A DNA stretch of 64,000 nt from contig OX597826.1 in assembly GCA_951406725.2 (NCBI GenBank), forward strand, positions 22,940,001 to 23,004,000, written 5' to 3'. This DNA comes from Octopus vulgaris (lineage: Eukaryota). A program made the position numbers and the translations under genes. Shown piece after piece: positions 26,428 to 43,294 of the stretch (positions are counted from its first letter, which is position 1; each line of letters opens with the position of its first letter). The notes below the pieces were generated by a model. The model worked only from the letters and a program-made list of their open reading frames with translations, did no database searches and was not told where the DNA came from.

Positions 26428-28087
26428 GGAGTAAACACATAAATGTGAAACAAGGTGGAAAAAAGAGTACTCAAATACCAGTGGTAGAGTAATATGCTTT
26501 ATTTTAAGCAGCAGAAAATTCAACAAAATCTGTTACTCTGAGTTTCTCGTTGCCGTTCATCAGACAGTTTTTGCTAGAATGGAACCGATATATCAATTCA
26601 ATCTAGACTCTTACAAACGCTACACCTTTTTTTAAAAAAATGGACTTGTTTGATTGGCCCTTTAGAAAAAACGGTCAATCTTCGAGCGATAAACAAAAAG
26701 GTCAAAAATATATGTATATATATATATAAATACTTATAAAGATTATAAAATTCGAGGAAAAAACCTTACATTGAATAAAATACATATTGACGTTAATGAA
26801 GAAAGTATAATTAAAGCATAGCAATTAAACCTATTATAAATATTACACTGCAATACATATTTATATTAAAGTGTACATATATATATCAACATACACAGAA
26901 GGATGCGTGCAAACGCCATACATATACAGACGTATAAATATAAATATAAATATACACATAAATGCATTCGTACATATATGCACGCAAACCATCTCGCACG
27001 CAAGCTAAAATCATCTATATAGCGATTCTCATATACTGAGTAAGGGGGGGGGGGGGCGAAAGAAAGGAAGAGAGAGAAAAAGGAACGAAGAAGGGGGAAG
27101 GAAAAAAGAAAAAGGAGGGGTGGGGAAAAAAACGAAATAAGAAAAAATTATGTATACAAGCTGTGTAAAGGCATTATTGACATATATGGAGACAAGTATA
27201 CAAATACACAAGTTCGAATGGATACATACACATACAGTCGTGTATATGTGTGCTTAAGCACAAACATACGCTCACTTACACATACACAGATACGCATGCT
27301 TACAAATACATATCCATGGTTATACACATACTTATATCAAAATTCTAATTTTTGACAACATTGCTTTTTTTAAAAATACGAAAGACATATAAAATATAAC
27401 ACCCTATTTTGGATCATCTATAAATAATCAAGGTAATAAATAACCAAGGTAATCCTATACAATACAATAACATGAAATAAACAAAGTCGAAGGTTTTTCC
27501 TAATGTATATGTAGAAACATAAGACTTTGCTATACGGATTAAAATCTGCATAGCTTGAAACAAAACAAAATCCATCATAGCGCTCACACACCAGTTCAAG
27601 AGTCAAAATCAAAATTTCAAAGTCAAAAATACAAAATATATACTCTATCGATATGGTATATTTATATTCGACTTCTTTGATTCAAAGAATTATTGTCTTT
27701 GAATAAAATGTACATTTTTTCTAATAAGCAAAGCTGGGACTTAAAATTATTTTTGTATGCTCCATGCCTGTATGGAAATTATACTTTCTTCATTAACGTC
27801 AATATGTATTTTATTCAATGTAAGGTTTTTTCCTCGAATTTTATAATTTTTATAAGTATTTATATATATATACATATATTTTTGAACTTTTTGTTTATCG
27901 CTCGAAGATTGACCGTTTTTTCTAAAGGGCCAATCAAACAAGTCCATTTTTTTTAAAAGGTGTAGCGTTTGTAAGAGTCTAGATTGAATTGATATATCGG
28001 TTCCATTCTAGCAAAAACTGTCTGATGAACGGCAACGAGAAACTCAGAGTAACAGATTTTGTTGAATTTTCTGCTGCTTAAAATAAA

Positions 28088-28088
<1 letters not shown>
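26426..28088. mobile_element. Long fold-back HHR element (family D)
   Basis: Inverted arms ~26497-26812 and ~27777-28088. HHR at 26525-26572(-) and 28013-28060(+). (TA)n flanks. Confidence 0.9.
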
Positions 28089-28161
<73 letters not shown>

Positions 28162-28232
28162 GTATGTATGTGTGTGAGCACGTATGTATAATTGCCTTAG
28201 AAAATGAATGTATATGTATGTATATATATATG

Positions 28233-30802
<2,570 letters not shown>

Positions 30803-30843
30803 ACATGCATATATATATGCATGTATGTATGTATATATATATC

Positions 30844-30905
<62 letters not shown>

Positions 30906-30958
30906 CATGTATGTATGTATATATGTATTTGCATGTATGTGTACATTAATCTATATAA

Positions 30959-31010
<52 letters not shown>

Positions 31011-31144
31011 GCATATATGTATGTAATTACAGCAGTCCAAAATGCATGCGCCTGTGCATGCGTTTAGGTGCATGTGGGTGTATACGCTTGTGTGTATGTA
31101 TACGTGCTTTCGTGCATGTGCATGAGTGTCTGTGCGTATGTATG

Positions 31145-31200
<56 letters not shown>

Positions 31201-31757
31201 AGCGAACGCACGTACGGGCATCTGCATATTAATCAGCCATTCGCACGTGTCGTTAATATGCGGCTAAATATAATACATTCAATCATACATGCGTCATTGG
31301 AAACCACGACGTATTTTTTCTATTTATTTTTTATTATTGCTATAAAATTCTTATATTTTATATGTTTATTTATGTATTTATTAGTTAAATTAGTGGTCGA
31401 CCTATTTAACGCAGAAGAGTCTTGTCTTGCAGGATTCTTTTCGGGTTCTTTAATTCCTAAGACGTTTCAAGAGATCCAATATTCCAGTTCAAGAGGAATT
31501 ACGTTCAAAAGACAACAGACGACTTGGTTAGCACGAGGATTCGGTGGAATGCAACACACAGACACACAGACACACACACACACATGTATGTATGTATGTA
31601 TGTATGCATGTATGTATGTATGTATGTATGTATGTATGTATACACACACATATATACGCATTTATGTATGTATATGTACATATATGTATATGTATGTATG
31701 TGTGTATGTATATATATCTATGCATACATACATGCCAACATATATATGATGCATATG

Positions 31758-31793
<36 letters not shown>

Positions 31794-31845
31794 TTTATAT
31801 ATAGAGGGCATTATTATACATACATGCCACACGCTAAGAGGGACA

Positions 31846-31926
<81 letters not shown>

Positions 31927-32507
31927 TATGCGATGTGTGTATATGTATATATATGTATAATATATATATATGCATATATACATGCATATATACATACATA
32001 TACATATAATACTAATATACGTACTCGCATATATATATATGTATATCACATATATAATATACACAAACACACATGCATGTACGTATAGACGTACGTACGT
32101 ATGTATGTATGTATGTATGTATGTATGTATGTATGTATGTATGTATGTATGTATGAAAGCGAATGTATGTATATCTGTGTATGCATATGTGTGTGCACGG
32201 GCGTGCGTGTTTGTGTGTGTGTCTAATTCAATAAAGACCGGATATGGGTTAGACTATATCGGTGAAATATCAGCGTTCGATCGATCGATCGATCCTTAAT
32301 TTCATTTGATATAAATATTACATGGGCATGTCCAAGAAATATAATGTGTGTATAGGATGTACACAGTATATTCGTATATATGCACACAAGCACTCGCATA
32401 TCACACGCACACACGTATACATATATATACATATATATGCATATATATATATATATTAATAGATATAGATATACATACATACATATATATTTATATGTAG
32501 ATATTTA

Positions 32508-32545
<38 letters not shown>

Positions 32546-32546
<1 letters not shown>

Positions 32547-35420
32547 TAGCAGTATCGCCCGGCGTTGCTCGGGTTGTAAGGGAAATAACTATATAAGCAT
32601 TTTTAGAGAGTTATAGCCAAAAAATAGCAAAAAAATGCATTAAAAATTGAAAAAAAACTAAGGTAAATTTTTTTTTTAATCGTTGACACATCGTAGATAT
32701 TTTTAGAGAGTTACTTCCCTTATATAAAAGCGAAAAAAATGCATTAAAATGGAAAAATATGATGGCAAATTTTTTTTAAATCGTAGACTCATCGTAGACG
32801 CATGCTAATACCCAGAAGGGCTCGATATGAATCACGACTATAAGATAACCGGTTTTGGTTACACTGCACCGCAAAATGTGGGAGTAGTTACGAATCTAAA
32901 TCGTAGGGGACAGACACACAACTTCACTCTTATATAAAGATGCTTTTTTTTTCAGTCATAGAGTTAGATTTATGAAGGTCTTCAGTAGAAAATCCTTCGA
33001 ATTCTGACTCGCTGCTTGATATAATGAAATTCGTATCCATTTTTTGTCAGAATTACAAATTTTGAAAACACAATAGGAACAAATTTCGGAAAAAAATCTC
33101 CCATAATTCACGGAATTAAAATTACACTTCGATTTTTGTACAAAACTGTATTTGAAGTGTTTACGAAGTATAATACGTGTTTTCACGAATGTACTAAAGA
33201 GATTTACTCTGATATTCTCATTTAAATATGAATAGGTAAATTCGGGCGGTTTGGTAACGAAAGGGTTAAACGAATGCATACATTTATTAATAACTATATA
33301 TAAGTGTCGTCTGTTTATACATAAACACTGTTTCATACTGCAATTATATATACATATATCTATATATAATATTATATAATAAAATATATACAGAGTAAAA
33401 TAAAAACCAATTTACCTTTTCTGTATTGTTATAGCAATTCGACCGTCCGTGTGTCTTTGCAAATGTGTTGGAATGATAAGTGAGTTGTGTTTTGGCGCCT
33501 TTTTTACTAATAACAAACACACACGTGTTTGTATGTAGTTGTTTGAAACGTTTGTGTTTGCCACTCTCATATATGTATGTGTATGCGTGTGTGTGAGGAA
33601 TGACACACACACACTCACGCACGCACACATGTACATCAATGCTTTCGGAGTGAAATGTTAAAATATTGAGTTTTCTCGAATTTTGTCTTAATTGGTGGTA
33701 AAATTGAAAGAAATTTTTTATGGCATCACCCACTGGAAGTACTCTGAAAAATCATGGGTACACTCTAATTGAAGAAATTGTGTGAGGAGTAAATCGTTAT
33801 GTATTTATTTGTTTCTGTTTGCTGTTTTTTTTTTTTAGTAGTGGTTTAAGGTACACTTCTCTCGTTTTATCGAATTAGTTTCACTTTAATCGCTGCAAAC
33901 TTGCAAAGAGAAAGTCGTAGAAATGAGTGATAGCGTGAGTGAATGAGATCGCTCCCTTTTGTGTGTGTGTGTGTGCGAGTGCTGTAGCCCACATTAAGAG
34001 AAGCATTTGACTCATACACTACAATGTGAGTTTTCTCTAAATTTTGCTTAATTGGGGTTGAAATTTTAAAAACTGGACCTGGCATGACCCGATGCATTCT
34101 ACTCTTAAAAATGCTAGGTAAATTGTAATTGAAGAAATCCTATATTGTAGATTTGTATAACTCCCAAAGGGAGGCAGATAAAATCTGCCTTTTATAATAA
34201 GACCAGCAGTATCGTCCGGCGTTGCTCGGGTTTGTAAGGGAAATAACTATATAAGCATTTTTAGAGAGTTATAGCCAAAAAATAGCAAAAAATGCATTAA
34301 AAATGGAAAAAATATGATGGTAAATTTTTTGAAAAATCGTTGACTCATCGTAGACATTTTTAGAGAGTTACTTCCCTTATATAATAGCGAAAAAATGCAT
34401 TAAAATGGAAAAAAAACGATGGTAAATTTTTTTTTAAATCGTAGACTCATGTAGACGCTTTCTTAGCCATTTCTGTTTTGGTGTCTTCAAGCCATGAAGT
34501 CGTTGTTCTAAAAGAACGCTGGTCTCCTTGACAACGCATTACGACGTTGATTTCCTTACACTCCCTTCCCCCACAGGTGCAGGTGTGAGCGTGGGCGCCA
34601 ACTCCGCCGCCATCGACACACGAAAAATTATGCATTAAAATGGAATAAAAAATGATGTTAAATTATTTTTTAAATCGTAGACTCATTGTAGACGCGCGCT
34701 AATACACAGACGGGCTCGATATGAATCACGACTATAAGCTACCCGAATTTGGTTAAACTGCACCGCAAAATGTGGGAGTAGTTAGGAATCTAAATCGAAG
34801 GGGACAGACACTCACACAACTACAGTTTTATATATATAGATATACATAGCGCAGTAGTGGTGAGATGTGACAGCAAAGAAAAGCATACATTCACTCTCTG
34901 CATGCAATTAGACTCGGAAAGTTCGTGAGGAACCCATTGACCCAATTTGCTGACTTTTCCGATAGCACACAGGTCTCAATGAATGGTTGAATGACCAAAT
35001 CCAAGCTTCTCTGCTAGTTCCTCAACAGTTACGATGAGATTTTGTTCCACCAGGGTTTTCAGGATGTCGTTGTCGAGTTCTACAGATCTTTCAGGATGAG
35101 GCTCGTCTTCTAGGCTGTAGTTTATGGCTCGAGATTTCTGGAACCACCATTGACACTGCCTTACGCTTATTGTCCAATCCCCATATACTGCATTAATATT
35201 TCTTGTACTTTGCACACATTTATATTCTGTTATTCTTTTATATGTTTCAGCCTTGAGGTTGTGGCCATGCTGGATCATGTGTGTGTGTGTGTGTGTGTGT
35301 GTGTCTGTCTGTCTGTATGCATATATGTATATGTATGTGTGTGAACAATAATATTTTCAACAGATGTGTTGCAAATGTATCTGATTGTTCTCAAGCTTCA
35401 ATACTGTGTGTGTGTGTGTA

Positions 35421-35451
<31 letters not shown>

Positions 35452-37060
35452 ATGTATGTATGTATGTATATGTATGTATATGTATGTATGTGTGTATGTA
35501 TGTATGTGTGTGTGTATGTGTGTATGTGTGTATGTATGTATGTATGTATGTATGTATGTATGTATGAGTGTATGTTTACTTTATTACTAATTACTCTCTT
35601 TCCAAGAACATTTTCACTCACTCTTAGCTCTTAGCTTCCCATACATTTTACTCATGTATCTATCAGCGTCATAGACAGAATACAAACTTTAGTCTTCCTC
35701 AAATCACTCTGTCGCTATTTACTTTCATTTTATTCGTTGCCCACTGTGTGTGTGCGTTTGCGTGTGGTGTAAACCAGACTAAGAAAAGCATTTGACACAC
35801 ACACCAGAATGTGAGTTTTCTGTAAATTTTGCTTAATTGGAGTTTAAATTTTTAAAACTGGACCTGGCATGACGCGATGCATTGTACTCTTAAAACTGCT
35901 AGGTAAATTGTAATTGAAGAAATCCTATATTGTAGATTTGTATAACTCCCAAAGGGAGGCAGATAAAATCTGCCTTTTATAATAAGAGACTAGCAGTATC
36001 GCCCGGCGTTGCTCGGGTTTGTAAGGGAAATAACTATATAAGCATTTTTAGAGAGTTATAGCCAAAAAATAGCAAAAAATGCATTAAAAATGGAAAAAAT
36101 ATGATGGTAAATTTTTTTAAAATCGTTGACTCATCGTAGACATTTTTAGAGAGTTACTTCCCTTATATAATAGCGAAAAAATGCATTAAAATGGAAAAAA
36201 AACGATGGTAAATTTTTTTTTAAATCGTAGACTCATGTAGACGCTTTCTTAGCCATTTCTGTTTTGGTGTCTTCAAGCCATGAAGTCGTTGTTCTAAAAG
36301 AACACTGGTCTCCTTGACAACGCATTACGACGTTGATTTCCTTACACTCCCTTCCCCCCAGGTGCAGATGTGAGCGTGGACACCAACTCCGCCGCCATCG
36401 ACACACGAAAAATTATGCATTAAAATGGAATAAAAAATGATGTTAAATTATTTTTTAAATCGTAGACTCATCGTAGACGCGCGCTAATATTCAGACGGGC
36501 TCGATATGAATCACGACTATAAGCTACCCGAATTTGGTTAAACTGTACCGCAAAATGTGGGAGTAGTTAGGAATCTAAATCGAAGGGGACAGACACTCAC
36601 ACAACTACAGTTTTATATATATAGATATACATAGCGCAGTAGTGGTGAGATATGACAGCAAAGAAAAGCATACATTCACTCTCTGCATGCAATTAGACTC
36701 GGAAAGTTCGTGAGGAACCCATTGACCCAATTTGCTGACTTTTCCGATAGCACACAGGTGTCAATGAATGGTTGAATGACCAAATCCAAGCTTCTCTGCT
36801 AGTTCCTCAACAGTTACGATGATATTTTGTTCCACCAGGGTTTTCAGGATGTCCTTGTCGAGTTCTACAGATCTTTCAGGATGAGGCTTGTCTTCTAGGC
36901 TGTAGTTTATGGCTCGGGATTTCTGGAACCACCATTGACACTGCCTTACGCTTATTGTCCAATCCCCATATACTGCATTAATATTTCTTGTACTTTGCAC
37001 ACATTTATATTCTGTTATTCTTTTATATGTTTCAGCCTTGAGGTTGTGGCCATGCTGGAT

Positions 37061-37094
<34 letters not shown>

Positions 37095-37301
37095 TGTCTG
37101 TCTGTATGTATGTATGTATATATGTATATGTGTGTGAACAATAATATTTTCAACAGATGTGTTGCAAATGTATCTGATTGTTCTCAAGCTTCAATACTGT
37201 GTGTGTGTGTATGTGTGTGTGTGTATGTATGTATGTATATGTATGTATGTATGTATATGTATGTATGTATGTATGTGTGTGTGTATGTATGTGTGTGTGT
37301 A

Positions 37302-37334
<33 letters not shown>

Positions 37335-38872
37335 ATGTATGTATGTATGTATGTATGTATGTATGTATGTATGTATGTATGAGTGTATGTTTACTTTATT
37401 ACTAATTACTCTCTTCCAAGAACATTTTCACTCACTCTTAGCTCTTAGCTTCCCATACATTTTACTCATGTATCTATCATCGTCATAGACAGAATACTTT
37501 CACTTTAGTCTTCCTCAAATCACTCTGTCGCTATTTACTTTCATTTTATTCGTTGCCCACTGTGTGTGTGCGTTTGCGTGTGGTGTAAACCAGACTAAGA
37601 AAAGCATTTGACACACACACCAGAATGTGAGTTTTCTGTAAATTTTGCTTAATTGGAGTTTAAATTTTAAAAACTGGACCTGGCATGACGCGATGCATTG
37701 TACTCTTAAAAATGCTAGGTAAATTGTAATTGAAGAAATCCTATATTGTAGATTTGTATAACTCCCAAAGGGAGGCAGATAAAATCTGCCTTTTATAATA
37801 AGACTAGCAGTATCGCCCGGCGTTGCTCGGGTTTGTAAGGGAAATAACTATATAAGCATTTTTAGAGAGTTATAGCCAAAAAATAGCAAAAAATGCATTA
37901 AAAATGGAAAAAATATGATGGTAAATTTTTTTAAAATCGTTGACTCATCGTAGACATTTTTAGAGAGTTACTTCCCTTATATAATAGCGAAAAAATGCAT
38001 TAAAATGGGAAAAAAAACGATGGTAAATTTTTTTTTAAATCGTAGACTCATGTAGACGCTTTCTTAGCCATTTCTGTTTTGGTGTCTTCAAGCCATGAAG
38101 TCGTTGTTCTAAAAGAACACTGGTCTCCTTGACAACGCATTACGACGTTGATTTCCTTACACTCCCTTCCCCACAGGTGCAGGTGTGAGCGTGGACGCCA
38201 ACTCCGCCGCCATCGACACACGAAAAATTATGCATTAAAATGGAATAAAAAATGATGTTAAATTATTTTTAAATCGTAGACTCATTGTAGACGCGCGCTA
38301 ATACAGACGGGCTCGATATGAATCACGACTATAAGCTACCCGAATTTGGTTAAACTGCACCGCAAAATGTGGGAGTAGTTAGGAATCTAAATCGAAGGGG
38401 ACAGACACTCACACAACTACAGTTTTATATATATAGATATACATAGCGCAGTAGTGGTGAGATGTGACAGCAAAGAAAAGCATACATTCACTCTCTGCAT
38501 GCAATTAGACTCGGAAAGTTCGTGAGGAACCCATTGACCCAATTTGCTGACTTTTCCGATAGCACACAGGTCTCAATGAATGGTTGAATGACCAAATCCA
38601 AGCTTCTCTGCTAGTTCCTCAACAGTTACGATGAGATTTTGTTCCACCAAGGTTTTCAGGATGTCCTTGTCGAGTTCTACAGATCTTTCAGGATGAGGCT
38701 CGTCTTCTAGGCTGTAGTTTATGGCTCGGGATTTCTGGAACCACCATTGACACTGCCTTACGCTTATTGTCCAATCCCCATATACTGCATTAATATTTCT
38801 TGTACTTTGCACACATTTATATTCTGTTATTCTTTTATATGTTTCAGCCTTGAGGTTGTGGCCATGCTGGAT

Positions 38873-38906
<34 letters not shown>

Positions 38907-40687
38907 TATCTGTCTGTCTGTCTGTATGTATATATGTATATGTATGTGTGTGAACAATAATATTTTCAACAGATGTGTTGCAAATGTATCTGATTGTTCT
39001 CAAGCTTCAATACTGTGTGTGTGTGTATGTGTGTGTGTGTATGTATGTATGTATGTATATGTATGTATGTATGTATATGTATGTATGTATGTGTGTATGT
39101 ATGTATGTGTGTGTGTATGTGTGTATGTGTGTATGTATGTATGTATGTATGTATGTATGTATGTATGTATGTATGAGTGTATGTTTACTTTATTACTAAT
39201 TACTCTCTTCCAAGAACATTTTCACTCACTCTTAGCTCTTAGCTTCCCATACATTTTACTCATGTATCTATCAGCGTCATAGACAGAATACCTTTCACTT
39301 TAGTCTTCCTCAAATCACTCTGTCGCTATTTACTTTCATTTTATTCGTTGCCCACTGTGTGTGTGCGTTTGCGTGTGGTGTAAACCAGACTAAGAAAAGC
39401 ATTTGACACACACACCAGAATGTGAGTTTTCTGTAAATTTTGCTTAATTGGAGTTTAAATTTTAAAAACTGGACCTGGCATGACGCGATGCATTGTACTC
39501 TTAAAACTGCTAGGTAAATTGTAATTGAAGAAATCCTATATTGTAGATTTGTATAACTCCCAAAGGGAGGCAGATAAAATCTGCCTTTTATAATAAGAGA
39601 TATATATATATATACTAGCAGTATCGCCCGGCGTTGCTCGGGTTTGTAAGGGAAATAACTATATAAGCATTTTTAGAGAGTTATAGCCAAAAAATAGCAA
39701 AAAATGCATTAAAAATGGAAAAAATATGATGGTAAATTTTTTTAAAAATCGTTGACTCATCGTAGACATTTTTAGAGAGTTACTTCCCTTATATAATAGC
39801 GAAAAAATGCATTAAAATGGAAAAAAAACGATGGTAAATTTTTTTTTAAATCGTAGACTCATGTAGACGCTTTCTTAGCCATTTCTGTTTTGGTGTCTTC
39901 AAGCCATGAAGTCGTTGTTCTAAAAGAACACTGGTCTCCTTGACAACGCATTACGACGTTGATTTCCTTACACTCCCTTCCCCACAGGTGCAGGTGTGAG
40001 CGTGGACGCCAACTCCGCCGCCATCGACACACGAAAAATTATGCATTAAAATGGAATAAAAAATGATGTTAAATTATTTTTTAAATCGTAGACTCATTGT
40101 AGACGCGCGCTAAATACTCAGACGGGCTCGATATGAATCACGACTATAAGCTACCCGAATTTGGTTAAACTGTACCGCAAAATGTGGGAGTAGTTAGGAA
40201 TCTAAATCGAAGGGGACAGACACTCACACAACTACAGTTTTATATATATAGATATACATAGCGCAGTAGTGGTGAGATATGACAGCAAAGAAAAGCATAC
40301 ATTCACTCTCTGCATGCAATTAGACTCGGAAAGTTCGTGAGGAACCCATTGACCCAATTTGCTGACTTTTCCGATAGCACACAGGTGTCAATGAATGGTT
40401 GAATGACCAAATCCAAGCTTCTCTGCTAGTTCCTCAACAGTTACGATGATATTTTGTTCCACCAGGGTTTTCAGGATGTCCTTGTCGAGTTCTACAGATC
40501 TTTCAGGATGAGGCTCGTCTTCTAGGCTGTAGTTTATGGCTCGGGATTTCTGGAACCACCATTGACACTGCCTTACGCTTATTGTCCAATCCCCATATAC
40601 TGCATTAATATTTCTTGTACTTTGCACACATTTATATTCTGTTATTCTTTTATATGTTTCAGCCTTGAGGTTGTGGCCATGCTGGAT

Positions 40688-40718
<31 letters not shown>

Positions 40719-40930
40719 CTATCTGTCTGTCTGTCTGTATGTATATATGTATATGTATGTGTGTGAACAATAATATTTTCAACAGATGTGTTGCAAATGT
40801 ATCTGATTGTTCTCAAGCTTCAATACTGTGTGTGTGTGTATGTGTGTGTGTGTATGTATGTATGTATATGTATGTATGTATGTATATGTATGTATGTATG
40901 TATGTGTGTATGTATGTATGTGTGTGTGTA

Positions 40931-40979
<49 letters not shown>

Positions 40980-41418
40980 ATGTATGTATGTATGAGTGTA
41001 TGTTTACTTTATTACTAATTACTCTCTTCCAAGAACATTTTCACTCACTCTTAGCTCTTAGCTTCCCATACATTTTACTCATGTATCTATCAGCGTCATA
41101 GACAGAATACTTTCACTTTAGTCTTCCTCAAATCACTCTGTCGCTATTTACTTTCATTTTATTCGTTGCCCACTGTGTGTGTGCGTTTGCGTGTGGTGTA
41201 AACCAGACTAAGAAAAGCATTTGACACACACACCAGAATGTGAGTTTTCTGTAAATTTTGCTTAATTGGAGTTTAAATTTTAAAAACTGGACCTGGCATG
41301 ACGCGATGCATTGTACTCTTAAAACTGCTAGGTAAATTGTAATTGAAGAAATCCTATATTGTAGATTTCTATAACTCCCAAAGGGAGGCAGATAAAATCT
41401 GCCTTTTATAATAAGAGA
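32546..41418 (-). mobile_element. Head-to-tail array of five composite non-autonomous Helitron units
   Basis: Units 32546-34202, 34203-35989, 35990-37803, 37804-39600 and 39615-41418. Minus-strand junctions read hairpin-CTAG|TC(TC)TTATTATAAAAGG. Confidence 0.85.
34865..35212 (-). pseudogene. Mariner transposase N-terminal fragment (HTH to WVPHEL); copies at ~36650, 38462, 40277
   Basis: RNINAVYG..ISVRQCQWWFQK...LEDEPH..R...TVEELAEKL..HSTIH*DLCAIGKVSKLGQWVPHELS. Confidence 0.9.
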
Positions 41419-41474
41419 TACACACATATATATGTATACATAATACATATCGATACGTATACTTATATATATTC

Positions 41475-41505
<31 letters not shown>

Positions 41506-41521
41506 CATACAAACATATGTG

Positions 41522-41567
<46 letters not shown>

Positions 41568-41810
41568 CATATGTATATACTTATGTACAAATACAGAAAC
41601 AGACACGTACATAGACACACACATACACATACATATATATGTATGTATGTATGTATGTATATTTGTATGTATGTATGTATGAATATGTGTGTCTATGTTC
41701 TCTTCTGTGGTTTATTTATTTGGAGTCTTCCTATAAGAAAGAAGTTGGTTCTAACAAGGATACAATATTCTATCACTAGAATATAACTAAAAAGAAAAAG
41801 AAAACGATGT

Positions 41811-42420
41811 TACATTTTGAATTTGAGCGAAGTCTTGCATATTTTTATTGTTCCATTTACAGATTCTATTTGTAATGAGGAAATTGGTTGGATGATTTCT
41901 TTTTCTGGAAATCCTATCTTAACCAGACTGCAATTCAGGCATTTACTCACAAAACCAAATGAAACAGTTATTATTATTGGTATGAATGTGAATTCTTAAT
42001 CTGGATACAGAAACTTGTGGTTTCGAAGCAGTTTTCCAGAATTATCCGCTTTCTCTTTGATTTTCAAAGAGATATTTTCATCAATAGAACAGCTGACCTC
42101 TATGGCGATATCTGTTTTTCGATATCTGTCCCAAAGAACAATGTCAGGCCTCTTATAAGCTGTCGCGAGAATGTTCCACTTGTATTCCTTGTGTTAGTGT
42201 TTGTGTGTGTGTACTCAACATGAGAGTCTATATTTATTTCAGGATAGTAATCCCTTTTTTTTTTCGTCTCTCAGATGAAATTGTATACTGTTTTAGTGAC
42301 ATCGTCGTGTCGCATTTGCTGGTAGTGTCTTGATGACACTTAACAGCTGATCCTATGTGTGATGTCTTCCACAGCAATGCGACTTTATCGACATTTTCAG
42401 TTGCGTATTAGGGCTTCAAG
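41811..42420 (-). pseudogene. Decayed CCHC + REL-endonuclease region of an R4/NeSL-like LINE
   Basis: Piecewise: EDITH...MRHDDVTKTVY...KRPDIVLWDR...IEVSC..D.NISLKIKEK...FIPIII...GTIKICKT. Confidence 0.7.
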
Positions 42421-42573
42421 CAGTGGCCCGGGAACGAAATTTGCTTAGGGGGTGCAAACTCAGGCTCAATTGTTTTTACAAACAAGGCCGAATTTTTTTT
42501 TTTCCTTTTCAATATTAATATCAAAACAAACACAGGCATTCTATGATTTTTTATTATTATTTATGAAATGCTT

Positions 42574-43180
42574 CAAATCAGCCTATCCCTATAGCTCATC
42601 CACTGCACTGTTCCAATCTTTTTAGTGTAGTGGCGTTGGACAGCTTTAAACTCCGCTGTTAGTTTGGCACTATGTGGTGACCATAACTGGGAACAGTAGT
42701 CCAGGCGGCCGAGAACAAAGGCTCTCCACAGGGTCAACATACTTTTTTGGTCTCTTGTCTTGAAGGATCTTAGTATCCATCCTGCCAGTTGTCTGCATTT
42801 TGCTGCCATCTTGCTTAGGTGCATATGAAACGATGCGTCATTGCACATGCTGATCCCCAAGTCTTTCACTGCCTGTGACTCTGGGATTGTAGTGCCATCG
42901 AGTCCTGTAAATGTACATTGTATTGTATTTGTACTAAGTTTATACTGCAGTGCGTGAAATTTTTCAGCATTAAACTGCATGTTATTTATTTTGGCCCGCT
43001 TGTACACTGAGTTCAGATCCTGCTGTAAGCTTGTAACATCCTCTTGGTTTTTTATTGCCTGTGATAATTTTGTGTCAACAGCATAGCTAGTGACAGTGGC
43101 AGTCCGAGTGACTATGGGCATGTCTAAGAACAGTTCCCTGGGGGACACCACTTACGATTTCAGTCTCATCAGAGGGAGGG
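42574..43180 (-). pseudogene. Old CR1-group LINE RT fragment
   Basis: ORF 42573-43151: YAVDTK, NNMQFNAEKF, GWILRSF, LDYCSQLWSP. Related to 10578-11987. Confidence 0.9.
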
Positions 43181-43254
43181 AGTTAGGGAGAGACGTGTAT
43201 ACATATGTGTATGTCTGCGTATAGATAGATAGATAGCTAGCTAGACAGACAGTC

Positions 43255-43294
<40 letters not shown>

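Noticed and set aside
31452-31500. Minus-strand GAAACGTC with flanking TTCCT/AGGAA pairing
   Set aside because: The CUGANGA core is not recognisable; too degenerate to call.
34203-41418. Regularly spaced repeats as a CRISPR-like array or a tandem family of mariner/SETMAR genes
   Set aside because: Whole 1.8-kb units repeat with no unique spacers; the transposase pieces have a stop and lack the catalytic domain.
42421-42470. CAGTGGCCCGGGAAC... possible hAT-type terminal repeat
   Set aside because: No matching second TIR or TSD found.
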